Part shown: positions 1-9,829 of the stretch, piece by piece
Layout of the letters: each line of letters begins with the position of its first letter
Position numbering within the stretch: the stretch's first letter is position 1
Origin: Candidatus Obscuribacteraceae bacterium
Lineage (GTDB): Bacteria > Cyanobacteriota > Vampirovibrionia > Obscuribacterales > Obscuribacteraceae
Direction: 5' to 3'
NCBI GenBank assembly: GCA_044226015.1
Contig: JBGAHS010000001.1
Span: 896,001 to 960,000 of the forward strand
DNA length: 64,000 bases
Notes under the pieces: model-generated
Told to the model about the DNA's origin: nothing
Database searches by the model: none
Seen by the model: the letters and a program-made list of their open reading frames with translations, nothing else
Position numbers and translations under genes: made by a program

Positions 1-1
1 T

Positions 2-325
2 GGACAAGAATTGAAACCAGGACCGCATATGATTCAGGGAATTGGTGCAGGTTTCATCCCCTCGATTTTAGACCTGAGCATCATCGATGAAGTGATTATG
101 GTCACCAATGATGATGCCATCACGCATGGTCGTCGTCTTGCTACCGAAGAAGGAATCTTTGCTGGTATCAGCAGCGGTGCTGCAGTTGCTGCTTGCCTTG
201 AGCTGGCAAGAAGACCAGAAAACAAAGGAAAAATGATTGTTTGTATCTTGCCGAGTACAGGTGAGCGTTATCTATCTACTGTATTGTATTCGGATATATC
301 ACAAGAGTTAGTCGGTTCAAAATAG
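2..325 (+). CDS. cysK: Cysteine synthase A, C-terminal part (5' end lies outside the window)
   Basis: [26 protein letters not shown] and TGERYLST motifs; frame is open from position 2. Confidence 0.93.
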   Translation, partial: GQELKPGPHMIQGIGAGFIPSILDLSIIDEVIMVTNDDAITHGRRLATEEGIFAGISSGAAVAACLELARRPENKGKMIVCILPSTGERYLSTVLYSDISQELVGSK

Positions 326-385
326 CTCATAAGCGTGCGGAGGCGCTCTAGTTCGTAATAGAATTATTGAGCTATTGCCGGAGGC

Positions 386-3300
386 ATGCGTTTCCATATG
401 GAAGGCTTTTCGCAGCGAGATTCAGAAGCTGAAGCTTCTGCCTTGTCGTCGTCTACGAACGTCGAACTTCTATTGGGACCATACCGAAGTGGCAAGACCG
501 TTCAGCTCATAGAAGAGTTACTTGATTTCAAAGCGTCCAACCCGTTTGCTTCGGCTTTGATTCTAGTGCCGTCGGCTCGTTATGGTCGAATTATGAAAGA
601 ACGCCTCAATCAGGGGCTTCGCCGGCGTGCGGCAGCAATTGAGCAATCTTCTCTTGAACTTACAAGTGCTAAACCTCTCAGACCGCGTTTGAATGGGCTT
701 TTTGGAGTTGAGATACAGCCGTTCTACCATGCATGTTTAGATGTGGTGAGCGATGCAAGGGAAGAACCAAACATCATTCCGGAGGAAGTCAGACCTGCAC
801 TGGTGGCTGAGATTCTTCTTCAAATGAAGGCGGAAGACAAACTCCGAAGCCTGCTGCAAATAGCAGCATTTCACGGCACCAGCGCCTCCTTGCTTGAACT
901 TATTGACGAGTTGCAACGTGCTGGGCTGTCGCCAAATGAATTGATCGGAAACTTGAAACGTTCTTCATGTCGGGAATCACATTTGCTCGAACTTGCTTCC
1001 GTGTATGCGATGTATATAGAGAGGCTGAATGAACTTGACTCTTATGACCAGAAAAGTCTGGCACTTGCAGCACGCGAAGAGTTGTTTGCTTCGGGGAAAT
1101 CGCGCATTAAGCATGACCTGATCCTCATCGATGGGTTTGACCGAATCAGCCATTTGCAGGCGCAAGTTTTTGCAGGGCTTGCGCGCCAATCGCGTTCATG
1201 CAAAGTCACGTTTGATTATTTGCCAGATTCCGAAATTGAAGGACACGCAGCATCGCTGATGCAACGATCTACCGACTATCGGTGGAAAGACAGAAGCTAT
1301 GATGAGCTTGTTCGCAATTTGAATCCTCGCATTCGGAACTTTGCAGGCACAAGCACTCAAGAGCAGCCGAATTCTTCTGCTGTCAAAGTGCATGTGCAGA
1401 GCTTGCTTGACCCCTATCTCGAAATGATTGAAGTTGCGCGTGAAGTCAAAGAAGCCTTGCACTCGCGACAGATTTTACCGCACGAGCTAATTGTCGTCAT
1501 GCGTTCTCCTGACTCCTATAATGGAGCTATTGAAGCCGCTTTTGATGATGCTGGCATTCCTTATTTCATAGATGGTAGCAACCGAGTTGTTGACCTGGTT
1601 CCGCTAAAGTTTATTTTCTCGCTGTTGAAACTGGCAGAGAATGAGTTTCGCAGAAAAGATGTTGCTGACCTTCTTCGCAGTCCATACATAAATCTCGAAA
1701 AGCTCTCCATGACTCCAAGGGAAGTGAGTGCTATTGATAGAGAGTCTTACAATATCAAAATGATTGGAGGACTCGATTCATGGAAAACTTTTCTGAGTAA
1801 GCCTGATTTCGTAGCCTTTGGCGAAAAACTTTATACATTTTTGGCTAGTCTAGCGCACTCTGAAAAAGCGGAGACAACTGAGAAGCATGTGCGCAAAATT
1901 GAAGATATCGTAGACAACTTTATGATATTTCCGGCAAGCGATCATGATATTCGCTCTCTTGCTGCTGTTTATGAGCGCGAGTCTATAAGGGCGTTTCGAC
2001 GTGTATTGAAGGTTTTGATACAGGAAGAGAAAACCCTCGAGCTGAAAGAAGAAAACTTCGCGCATTTCTTGAATCGTTTTGAACAGCTAATCGATAAGTC
2101 TAACTATGCCAGACCTAAGCCGGAAGCTCCGGTTGTGACCATATGCTCAGCAGAACTTGTTCCAAACATTTGTTTCAAGGAGATGTTTGTATGTGGTCTT
2201 GTCGAGGGCGAATTCCCTCGACATCAAAGAGCCAAGGGCTTTTTGAGTACAGATGAGGTGCAACTATGGCTCAGCTTCGGAGTGGATATACGCAACCCCA
2301 GGCAAGAGGCCGGATTCGAACGTGCTCTTTTCTATTCACTAACCGAGCGTTGCACAGCCAGGCTGAATTTTTCCTACAGCCAATTCAGCGGTAAGGGTGA
2401 AGAGACTATTCCCTCATTCTATCTGACTGAACTTGTCGAGTCTGATTTTTGCAAAGTCGAAAAACTTCGTCCCTTCGAGACAGCAGCAAGCAAGCCGGTT
2501 TCACCGCGTGAGGCACTGTCTCTTGCTTTGTGGGAAAAAGGGACTGCAGCGGCTGAGTCACTTTCCTCGGCTCATGATTCTATTGCTTATCGCTGGCAAA
2601 ACTTAAGTCTGAGTCTTGCAGCTGCTCTCAACCGATCCTCGCAAAACAAGAGAGAGAACCCTTACAATGGTTATCTGGAAGAGTTTTTTAGCATCGGTGC
2701 ACTTTCTTTTTCTGGGCTAGATAGATGGACTGCCACCAAAATTAATGACTATGGTAAGTGCCCATTTCGTTTCTGGTCTTCACATGTTTTAGGTTTGAAG
2801 CCTCGCGACGAGGCAGAGCCTGGGCTGAATTTCGCACTGGTAGGACAGTTTTATCACAAGGCGTTAGAGCTGTTTTTTGCCGCCCGAAAAGAGAAGAGTA
2901 ATTCTTTTGAAGGCACTAATTCGCCGTGGGCAGACTGGGAATTGCAATTTGATGAAGCCTTTAAGGGTGCTCTCGTTTGGTTGGAAAACCGGGCCGACTT
3001 TCGCCCTGGTCCTTATTGGCAGCAAGAGAAGAAGTCTTTGAGATTTCGCCTGGACAAATTCCTAAGAAAGGAAATAGTTCGTTTGCAAGAAGATTACGCA
3101 AACTTCCAGCCATCTTTCTTTGAGGTTAATTTCGGTACCAGGGCCGCTAACTCCTACCCGCCTCTTCTAATTAAGGGTGCCGACGGAAAAGACATCGTTA
3201 TTGGCGGTAGCATCGATAGAATAGACCTGGAACCTGGTGTCACATTTGCTGCAGGCAATGCTAAAAAACGAGCAAGAGTAATCGATTACAAATCGGGCAG

Positions 3301-3655
3301 CAAGAGAATCTCAGCTAAAGAAGCAGAGCTAGGGCGTAACTTGCAGCTGCCAATTTATGCTCTTGCGCTTGAGCGTGCGATCATGCCAGACCATCAAGTG
3401 ACAGAAGCTGATTACCTCAGCATTGGTGCCGCTGATTCAGTAGGAAGGCTAGACTTCGAAAATGAAAAACATGCTGGCTTGAAAGAGCTTGCTGAAGCTA
3501 AAGTTGTGGATTTTGTCAATGCAGCCAAAAACGGCATTTTTGGTGTAAAACCGAAGGGGCAGGTGGCATGCTCTGATTGCGATCATGCAGCTGTTTGCAG
3601 GGTGAAAGAACTGAAATTGCAGATGGAGGATGAGAACGATGCCTTCACTGACTGA
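386..3655 (+). CDS. addB: ATP-dependent helicase/nuclease subunit B (AddB/RexB-like) with C-terminal PD-(D/E)XK nuclease
   Basis: N-terminal GPYRSGKT; degenerate helicase motif IDGFD; Fe-S cysteines YGKCPF and CSDCDHAAVC; nuclease IDRID...IDYKSG...QLPIY; directly upstream of addA. Confidence 0.85.
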   Translation: MRFHMEGFSQRDSEAEASALSSSTNVELLLGPYRSGKTVQLIEELLDFKASNPFASALILVPSARYGRIMKERLNQGLRRRAAAIEQSSLELTSAKPLRPRLNGLFGVEIQPFYHACLDVVSDAREEPNIIPEEVRPALVAEILLQMKAEDKLRSLLQIAAFHGTSASLLELIDELQRAGLSPNELIGNLKRSSCRESHLLELASVYAMYIERLNELDSYDQKSLALAAREELFASGKSRIKHDLILIDGFDRISHLQAQVFAGLARQSRSCKVTFDYLPDSEIEGHAASLMQRSTDYRWKDRSYDELVRNLNPRIRNFAGTSTQEQPNSSAVKVHVQSLLDPYLEMIEVAREVKEALHSRQILPHELIVVMRSPDSYNGAIEAAFDDAGIPYFIDGSNRVVDLVPLKFIFSLLKLAENEFRRKDVADLLRSPYINLEKLSMTPREVSAIDRESYNIKMIGGLDSWKTFLSKPDFVAFGEKLYTFLASLAHSEKAETTEKHVRKIEDIVDNFMIFPASDHDIRSLAAVYERESIRAFRRVLKVLIQEEKTLELKEENFAHFLNRFEQLIDKSNYARPKPEAPVVTICSAELVPNICFKEMFVCGLVEGEFPRHQRAKGFLSTDEVQLWLSFGVDIRNPRQEAGFERALFYSLTERCTARLNFSYSQFSGKGEETIPSFYLTELVESDFCKVEKLRPFETAASKPVSPREALSLALWEKGTAAAESLSSAHDSIAYRWQNLSLSLAAALNRSSQNKRENPYNGYLEEFFSIGALSFSGLDRWTATKINDYGKCPFRFWSSHVLGLKPRDEAEPGLNFALVGQFYHKALELFFAARKEKSNSFEGTNSPWADWELQFDEAFKGALVWLENRADFRPGPYWQQEKKSLRFRLDKFLRKEIVRLQEDYANFQPSFFEVNFGTRAANSYPPLLIKGADGKDIVIGGSIDRIDLEPGVTFAAGNAKKRARVIDYKSGSKRISAKEAELGRNLQLPIYALALERAIMPDHQVTEADYLSIGAADSVGRLDFENEKHAGLKELAEAKVVDFVNAAKNGIFGVKPKGQVACSDCDHAAVCRVKELKLQMEDENDAFTD

Positions 3656-6600
3656 AGAACAACAAAATGCTATTCAATCGATTGATAAACATGTGCTTGT
3701 TTCCGCTGGTGCAGGCTCGGGCAAGACCTTTGTTCTTGTTGAAAGATATATCAGGGTCCTTGCTGAAAATCCTCATGCTGGCATCAATGACATCATTGCT
3801 GTGACTTATACAAAAAAGGCGGCAGAGGAAATGCGAAGCCGCTTGAAAGCGCGCTTGAAAGAACTGGTGGAGAAAAGCGAAGGCGATGAGGCTAAGCGAT
3901 GGATAAAGTGCCTGGCAGAATTAGAGTCTGCTCGCATCGGTACGATCCATTCCCTGTGTGATTCCATACTTAAGACCTTTCCTGCTGAAGCAGGTATTGA
4001 CCCTAATTTTGAAATTCTAGATGAACTAGAGCGAGCCGAGTTGCTTTCGCAAAGTATTGATGATGCTTTGCATATGATTATTGATCAGCCGATTGATCAG
4101 TATTTCGAACTTCTCGAGTATCCCGTTGAGAGCATTCGCACTTGGGTCGCCGATTTTCTGCGTAGCCCTTTGAAATATCGTGAGTCTTTGCGACGGTTCG
4201 GAAATTGCTCGCTCGATGAAATGCGTTTGTTCGCTGCAGAACTAATTGCTGCTGACATAGAAAGGTCGCTTAGAGAACTGACTGCTGACCCGATTTTCAA
4301 GGCTGAGATGAGTTATTTGATCGACACGCCCTGGTCAGATCGTGAGAGCAAATTAGGTCTCCTTCAAAATGAGATGCTCTCATATCTCAGGGTGATTTGC
4401 GACTTCAGTCTGGGCATTGGTGCGCGTTGGCAAGCTGTCAGCGCTCTTGCCGCAATGGAATCAGCAAAAAATGCTGGTGGTCCGAACGCCAAAGAAATGC
4501 GTAACTGTATGAGAATCATTCGAACAGCGGTGGGCAAGCTGGCTTTGCGACATCGGGCTGAGCTCAATGAGGCTGACCAGCGTTCTTTCATGCTGATAAA
4601 AGCGCTGATAGAGTTGAGCAATGATGCGCTTTCTCGCTATGAAAGAATCAAACAGCAGCATCAGAAACTTGATTTCGACGACCTCATCGAACGCTGTCAG
4701 CAATTGCTCAGCCCCGATAACTATCGCTCATCATTTGCTTTGAGGCAGTTGTGCAAGACACTACAGGCAATACTTGTCGACGAGTTTCAAGACACAAATT
4801 GGACACAAGCTAAGATGCTGACTGCGCTGGCTAGCAACAAAGCTCACCTCTTTCTTATTGGAGATGATAAGCAATCGATTTACAAGTTTCAGGGTGCAGA
4901 CGTTGGTACATTTAATGCCTGCAAAACCTATGTTTCATCAATGACTGCTGAAGCCGTGGATGAAGACAGGAAAATGATTGCTGAAGCCTACAGGCTGCCG
5001 CTTCTGTCGGGTGCGGGTGAAGAGATGACATTGAGCATGTCATTTCGAAGCCATCCGCAGATTGTCAATTTCGTCAATCATATTTTTTCGTCATTATTCG
5101 AACTCAAGCCCCGGAAAATTGCTTCGTCCAGGACTATCCTTCCTGTGCAAGATTCAAGCCCAGCAGCTGATTCGCTTAAGCGAGATGACTTCAAATCACA
5201 ATTTCAGGCGCTGCGCCCTGCTCGCTCTGGGGAGGAGGACGATATTCGTGTAGATGTAATCTATACGCCTTTGCCTGAGGCCGAAGAACTCGATCAGCGT
5301 GCGGAGATTGACCGCCTTGAAGCAGAGCAGACCGCACTGTGGATTCGAGATAAGGTCGAAAGTGGTGTTGAGGTCTTTGATAAGGAAAAAGGAATAAATC
5401 GGCCACTCACTTATTCTGATTTTGCAGTGTTATTGCAAGCCAATGGAGACTTTGCTGGAATTGAAGCAGCGCTTGCCAAGGAAAATATTCCTTTTGTTAG
5501 TATCGCTGGGTCAGGCTTTCTTGATCGACAGGAAGTTTATGACCTGGAGAATTTGTTGAAGTGGTTGATTTGCCCGCAAGATAGCCATGCACTCTTTGCG
5601 ATTTTGCGCTCGCCCTTGCTTGGCTTTTCTGATGATATTTTGCATGAGCTTAAAGCCGGAAAAAATACTTCTCTCTGGCAATGTTTGCTCCTCAAATCGC
5701 AAGAACCGGGGCAGGATGAGTTGAGGGTGGCGCGTAGATTATTGCAAGATCTGCATCGTGATTCAGGTCGACTAAGTTTGCCTGATATTTTGCGCCGGGC
5801 GGTTTTGTTGACGGGCTATGATATTGTTTTGTTGACAGCGTCTTCTGGGAAACAAAAGTCCAGAAATGTCTGGAAGTTTCTTGCGTTAGCAAGTCAGCAC
5901 AAGCACATGAGTGTTGCTGAATTCTTGAATGCGCTGAATTCTATGCGGGAACTGGGCGTAAAAAATCTGACCGATGCGCCTTTGTGTGCAGATGATGCGG
6001 TGAAGATTATGACAATTCACCGGTCTAAGGGTTTGGAATTCGCTGCTGTCGCTCTACCGCGTCTGGCCAGAGGAGTGCAATCGCAGCCGCGCAAAGTGCT
6101 CTTTGGTAAGGACTTTGCCATTGCTTTCGATTGCACACGAGACCCCGAAGAAGAGAAACCCGCCTTTTATATCGCCGCTAATAACCTCAATAAGAGAATG
6201 GACGAGGAGGAAAAGAAGCGACTGCTCTATGTTGCTTTAACTCGTGCGCGTGACTTTCTTGGTTTGTTTGTTAATTCGCGTTGCAAGCGTGGCGTCAACT
6301 TCGGCAAGTGGCTCATCTCGTCGCTCGGTTTGCCCGAGGCAGATTGTGAGGTCGATAACTTCACGATGAGTGCGGGTTTTGGCGCAGAGCAAAGCAACTG
6401 GAATGTCATTCAAGCTGTTGCAGCTTCTTCTCAGAGTAAAGCTGTTGGTGAGAGTGAAAGCCAGCTAGCTTTGCCGCAAAATATCGTAAGCAACATGTTT
6501 TTGGAAGAGTTTCCGGAGTTCACAAATGAGTCGCTTGAACTGGCCCTCGAGAGTAATTTTGCTTGCGAGACTCTGGACATTTCAAAGATGGACCTGTCCT

Positions 6601-7217
6601 TGCTCGATGAATCTTTACTTGCTGAGCACACTTATAATCCTGTTCCCTGGCAAGCCTTACTGCGGGCCTGCCCAAATGATGCTGTGCCGAGTGTACACGC
6701 CACCATTGCTGGAAACTATTTTCACTTGCTGATGCAACGCTTAGGTCCAGCGCTAGAATTGCCCTCTGAACGAGAGCGGCGAAACTTGCTTCTGCATCAT
6801 GAAGTTGCGATCAGTGATGAAGCTCAACAAGAATTGATGCTTCGCGAATCTGAGCGTCTGCTCTTGTTATTTAGCGGGAGTAAGTTGCACAGTCTGATGC
6901 GCAATGCACGCAGAACTTTATTTGAGCACTCATATACTATTGTGCGAGACGGCAGAGAGCGTGATTTCCGCCCAGACTTGCTCATCGAAGATGTGCAAGG
7001 CCAGTGGCATATCGTGGACTTCAAAACCGACCAGTTTGAAGTGAAACAGATTTCTAAACAGATAAAATCACACCAGGCTCAGCTGGCGACTTATGTTGAT
7101 GACTTGGCGCTTTTGCTCGGCATCAATGCGAAGGCTTGGCTTTACTTTGCGCATCATGGAAGGTTAGAATCTGTCGATATGGCATCGCCTTTCCAACTTA
7201 GCTTGTTTCCTCTTTAG
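3639..7217 (+). CDS. addA: ATP-dependent helicase/nuclease subunit A (AddA; UvrD-like helicase plus RecB-family nuclease)
   Basis: AGAGSGKT, LVDEFQD, GDDKQSIYKFQGA, TIHRSKGLEF, LLYVALTRARD; C-terminal RPDLL...VDFKT...QLATY. ATG 3639 preferred over 3630 because GGAGG lies at 3625-3629; overlaps the addB stop. Confidence 0.9.
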   Translation: MPSLTEEQQNAIQSIDKHVLVSAGAGSGKTFVLVERYIRVLAENPHAGINDIIAVTYTKKAAEEMRSRLKARLKELVEKSEGDEAKRWIKCLAELESARIGTIHSLCDSILKTFPAEAGIDPNFEILDELERAELLSQSIDDALHMIIDQPIDQYFELLEYPVESIRTWVADFLRSPLKYRESLRRFGNCSLDEMRLFAAELIAADIERSLRELTADPIFKAEMSYLIDTPWSDRESKLGLLQNEMLSYLRVICDFSLGIGARWQAVSALAAMESAKNAGGPNAKEMRNCMRIIRTAVGKLALRHRAELNEADQRSFMLIKALIELSNDALSRYERIKQQHQKLDFDDLIERCQQLLSPDNYRSSFALRQLCKTLQAILVDEFQDTNWTQAKMLTALASNKAHLFLIGDDKQSIYKFQGADVGTFNACKTYVSSMTAEAVDEDRKMIAEAYRLPLLSGAGEEMTLSMSFRSHPQIVNFVNHIFSSLFELKPRKIASSRTILPVQDSSPAADSLKRDDFKSQFQALRPARSGEEDDIRVDVIYTPLPEAEELDQRAEIDRLEAEQTALWIRDKVESGVEVFDKEKGINRPLTYSDFAVLLQANGDFAGIEAALAKENIPFVSIAGSGFLDRQEVYDLENLLKWLICPQDSHALFAILRSPLLGFSDDILHELKAGKNTSLWQCLLLKSQEPGQDELRVARRLLQDLHRDSGRLSLPDILRRAVLLTGYDIVLLTASSGKQKSRNVWKFLALASQHKHMSVAEFLNALNSMRELGVKNLTDAPLCADDAVKIMTIHRSKGLEFAAVALPRLARGVQSQPRKVLFGKDFAIAFDCTRDPEEEKPAFYIAANNLNKRMDEEEKKRLLYVALTRARDFLGLFVNSRCKRGVNFGKWLISSLGLPEADCEVDNFTMSAGFGAEQSNWNVIQAVAASSQSKAVGESESQLALPQNIVSNMFLEEFPEFTNESLELALESNFACETLDISKMDLSLLDESLLAEHTYNPVPWQALLRACPNDAVPSVHATIAGNYFHLLMQRLGPALELPSERERRNLLLHHEVAISDEAQQELMLRESERLLLLFSGSKLHSLMRNARRTLFEHSYTIVRDGRERDFRPDLLIEDVQGQWHIVDFKTDQFEVKQISKQIKSHQAQLATYVDDLALLLGINAKAWLYFAHHGRLESVDMASPFQLSLFPL

Positions 7218-7262
7218 AGCTATTAGACTACTCTGCCAATGCGCAATGGATGGATCTGAGTC

Positions 7263-7871
7263 ATGAATTTGGATATTCGCGAAATCAAGGCAAGGTTTGA
7301 TGATAGAAGCATCCGTGTCTATCAGGCCTATGGCAAGGATATTGCTGAGGCAGCTTTGAGAAATAATCGCTTCGTTTCACCATTCAAAATGGAGCGCATG
7401 ACATGGATAAAGCCTTCATTCAACTGGATGATGTATCGGTCTGGCTACGCGAAGAAGCCCGGGCAAGAGTACGTTCTTGCCATAGACATAAGCTGTGAAG
7501 GATTTGACTGGGCTGTGGAGAATGCAGTCTTATCTCATTTCGTACCTGAAATTCATGGAGACTACGATTGCTGGAAAGAGTTGCTTGCAAACTCTGAGGT
7601 CAGGGTTCAATGGGACCCAGCCCGTGATTGGCGCATCAACGAAATCGCTGGTGAAAGGGCAATTCAAATAGGCTTATCAAAAAGTGCAGTACAGAAGTAT
7701 GTAAATGAGTGGATTCTCTCGATAACAGATGTGACATCAGTTGCTCATGCTGTTGATGAGTCTCGCCGCTTGAAACAAGAGCCGAGTGAGCGTCCAGACC
7801 TTCTTGAGAGAGTCTACGCGATGAGTGAGACTGCAAAGCTTAAGCTATGCTCTGTAACTAATCAGAATTAG
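7263..7871 (+). CDS. DUF4291 family protein
   Basis: Conserved VYQAY and RMTWIKPSF motifs, WMMYRSG, VRVQWDP; 202 aa is typical of the family. Confidence 0.88.
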   Translation: MNLDIREIKARFDDRSIRVYQAYGKDIAEAALRNNRFVSPFKMERMTWIKPSFNWMMYRSGYAKKPGQEYVLAIDISCEGFDWAVENAVLSHFVPEIHGDYDCWKELLANSEVRVQWDPARDWRINEIAGERAIQIGLSKSAVQKYVNEWILSITDVTSVAHAVDESRRLKQEPSERPDLLERVYAMSETAKLKLCSVTNQN

Positions 7872-8337
7872 ATGAATCAGGCTCGTTGAATTTTGCCAGA
7901 TCCTCTTCGCTTACAGTATGTCCACTGGTACCGTATGAGGTGCCACGAAAGTGGGCAAGCGTTTCATTGTGCTGGTTGCTAATCGTTATATCGTAAAGCC
8001 CAGTTCGCCCCTTCAGGGAAACTTCTTCGGCACGGGCTGTAAGGGTGTCGCCTTCCACTGCACTTTTTACGAAGCTTATGGTGCACTGAAGCGCAACTGT
8101 CTTTCTATTTCTGGAATTACATGCGTAGGCAAAAGCTGTGTCTGCCAGAGCAAAAATAAATCCGCCGTGACAGATTGCAAGCCCGTTGAGCATATCTCTT
8201 CTGACTTTCATTGAGAGACTTGCCGTACCTTCACTGACAGAGTTGATGGAGATTCCCATGGACTGCGCAGCGAAGTCGCGAGTCATGACTAGTTCCATGA
8301 TTTTTCGGGGGTCGGGCTGTTCTGTTTTTATTGTCAT
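7858..8337 (-). CDS. paaI: Hydroxyphenylacetyl-CoA thioesterase PaaI (hotdog fold)
   Basis: MLNGLAICHGGFIFALADTAFAYACNS signature; GRTGLYD. Confidence 0.85.
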   Translation of the reverse strand: MTIKTEQPDPRKIMELVMTRDFAAQSMGISINSVSEGTASLSMKVRRDMLNGLAICHGGFIFALADTAFAYACNSRNRKTVALQCTISFVKSAVEGDTLTARAEEVSLKGRTGLYDITISNQHNETLAHFRGTSYGTSGHTVSEEDLAKFNEPDSSNSD

Positions 8338-8370
8338 TTGCTGAATCCGCTGGCAACGCCGAGCATTGTA

Positions 8371-9678
8371 TCACTTGCGCAGAGATGGCTCCACATCCTC
8401 TTCATTTGCGGTTTCATTTGCAGTTTCATTCGCAACAAATTCTTCTTCAACGAATGGTCGATATACGCTTTCTTTTGCGCCGAATTTGAGCAAACCCACA
8501 ATTCCGAGCAAGAGGAAGGCGACCGCAGTTAATGCAATTCCGGTCTGCGGGCTAGAGTTCTCGTATATAAAAGCTGCCATCATCAGTCCGACGCAGCTAC
8601 CAAGATACATAACGCATTGTCTCAGGCTGAAGACTTTCCCGAGATCTTTTCTGGGAACATCCGTTTGCAGCATTATCATCAACATGACGTCCCCAACGGG
8701 TCCACCAGTCGCAGCCAGCAGGGCTCCGAAGCAAGCCCAGAGCATATTGGGGGAAACAGAAATTATGGCGAATCCAATCGCAAAAATGATTTGTGACACC
8801 GAAATGAATAGCATTCGTTTGCGGCTATTAACGGTTCCCATGATTACATTTGAACTTACGCTTCCGATGCCGTAAGCCGCGACAATAGTTCCATAAGTGC
8901 TGACATCAGCGTGGGGAAGTGATTTCGCCCAGAGAGGCAGCCCCACCATGAAACCAGCTGCCCATGCGATATTAGCTCCCACATACAGTCCGAATGACCA
9001 GAGTATTTGTTCCTGCGTATAGACTATTTGAGCACCGCGCTTCAGGTCAGTCCAAACGCCGCGCAGTCCTTTCTCTGTAGTTTGTGCTGTTCTCCATTTG
9101 TAATTTCCACGAATCAGGAAAACGACCAGAGCTGATACCAAAAATGTGAGAGCATCGACGGAGAAAAAGTGATGCAGAGCTGTCACGGCGACTAACCAGC
9201 CTGCTATGAGAGGTCCTATGGTGCGGGCCAGGCGATGGTTCACTTGCATGAGCGCATTCATTGCTTGCAGGCTTTTTTCATTTCCCTGGGTCAACTCTGG
9301 CAAACTCGCTGCCAGTGCCGGGTCGAAGAGCGAGCCTAAACCGGCAACGATTACGGACGCAATACCCAAAATCCACAAGTTTAAAGGCATGAAGCTGCCA
9401 ATTACTCCCAAGGCGAGTACCGTTATTGCCCTTAGAATATCGACAACAACCATGGTTGTGCGCTTGTTCCAGCGATCAGCATATACTCCGCCAATCAGCC
9501 CAAAAAGCACTCCAGCAAGCGAGCCAGCACCGGTGACAAACCCAGCTGAAGCACCACCTGTTTGAATAGATATCCAGACGATGGCAATTGAATAAATCTG
9601 GTCGCCGATCGATGAGAACACCTGGCTGAGCCAGAGTCCTGCCAGATGAGGTTGTTTTGCTATTTGACTGTAACCCAT
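8371..9678 (-). CDS. MFS transporter (DHA3/EntS/MefA-like)
   Basis: LWLSQVFSSIGD, GGVYADRWNKR (motif A), LGKVFS; about 12 hydrophobic segments. ATG 9678 preferred over TTG 9705. Confidence 0.88.
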   Translation of the reverse strand: MGYSQIAKQPHLAGLWLSQVFSSIGDQIYSIAIVWISIQTGGASAGFVTGAGSLAGVLFGLIGGVYADRWNKRTTMVVVDILRAITVLALGVIGSFMPLNLWILGIASVIVAGLGSLFDPALAASLPELTQGNEKSLQAMNALMQVNHRLARTIGPLIAGWLVAVTALHHFFSVDALTFLVSALVVFLIRGNYKWRTAQTTEKGLRGVWTDLKRGAQIVYTQEQILWSFGLYVGANIAWAAGFMVGLPLWAKSLPHADVSTYGTIVAAYGIGSVSSNVIMGTVNSRKRMLFISVSQIIFAIGFAIISVSPNMLWACFGALLAATGGPVGDVMLMIMLQTDVPRKDLGKVFSLRQCVMYLGSCVGLMMAAFIYENSSPQTGIALTAVAFLLLGIVGLLKFGAKESVYRPFVEEEFVANETANETANEEDVEPSLRK

Positions 9679-9829
9679 CTTTCCCTGTCTCCGGGAACGG
9701 CTCAATCCAAGTCTTATACTAATCGCGAGCGCTTTCTTTTAGTGTAAAAACTCATTTAGATCTCTCACTCAACCTTTCAAAGCACCGAGTGGTGGGTCCT
9801 GTAGACATTTTAAATAATCTACTTTTGTT

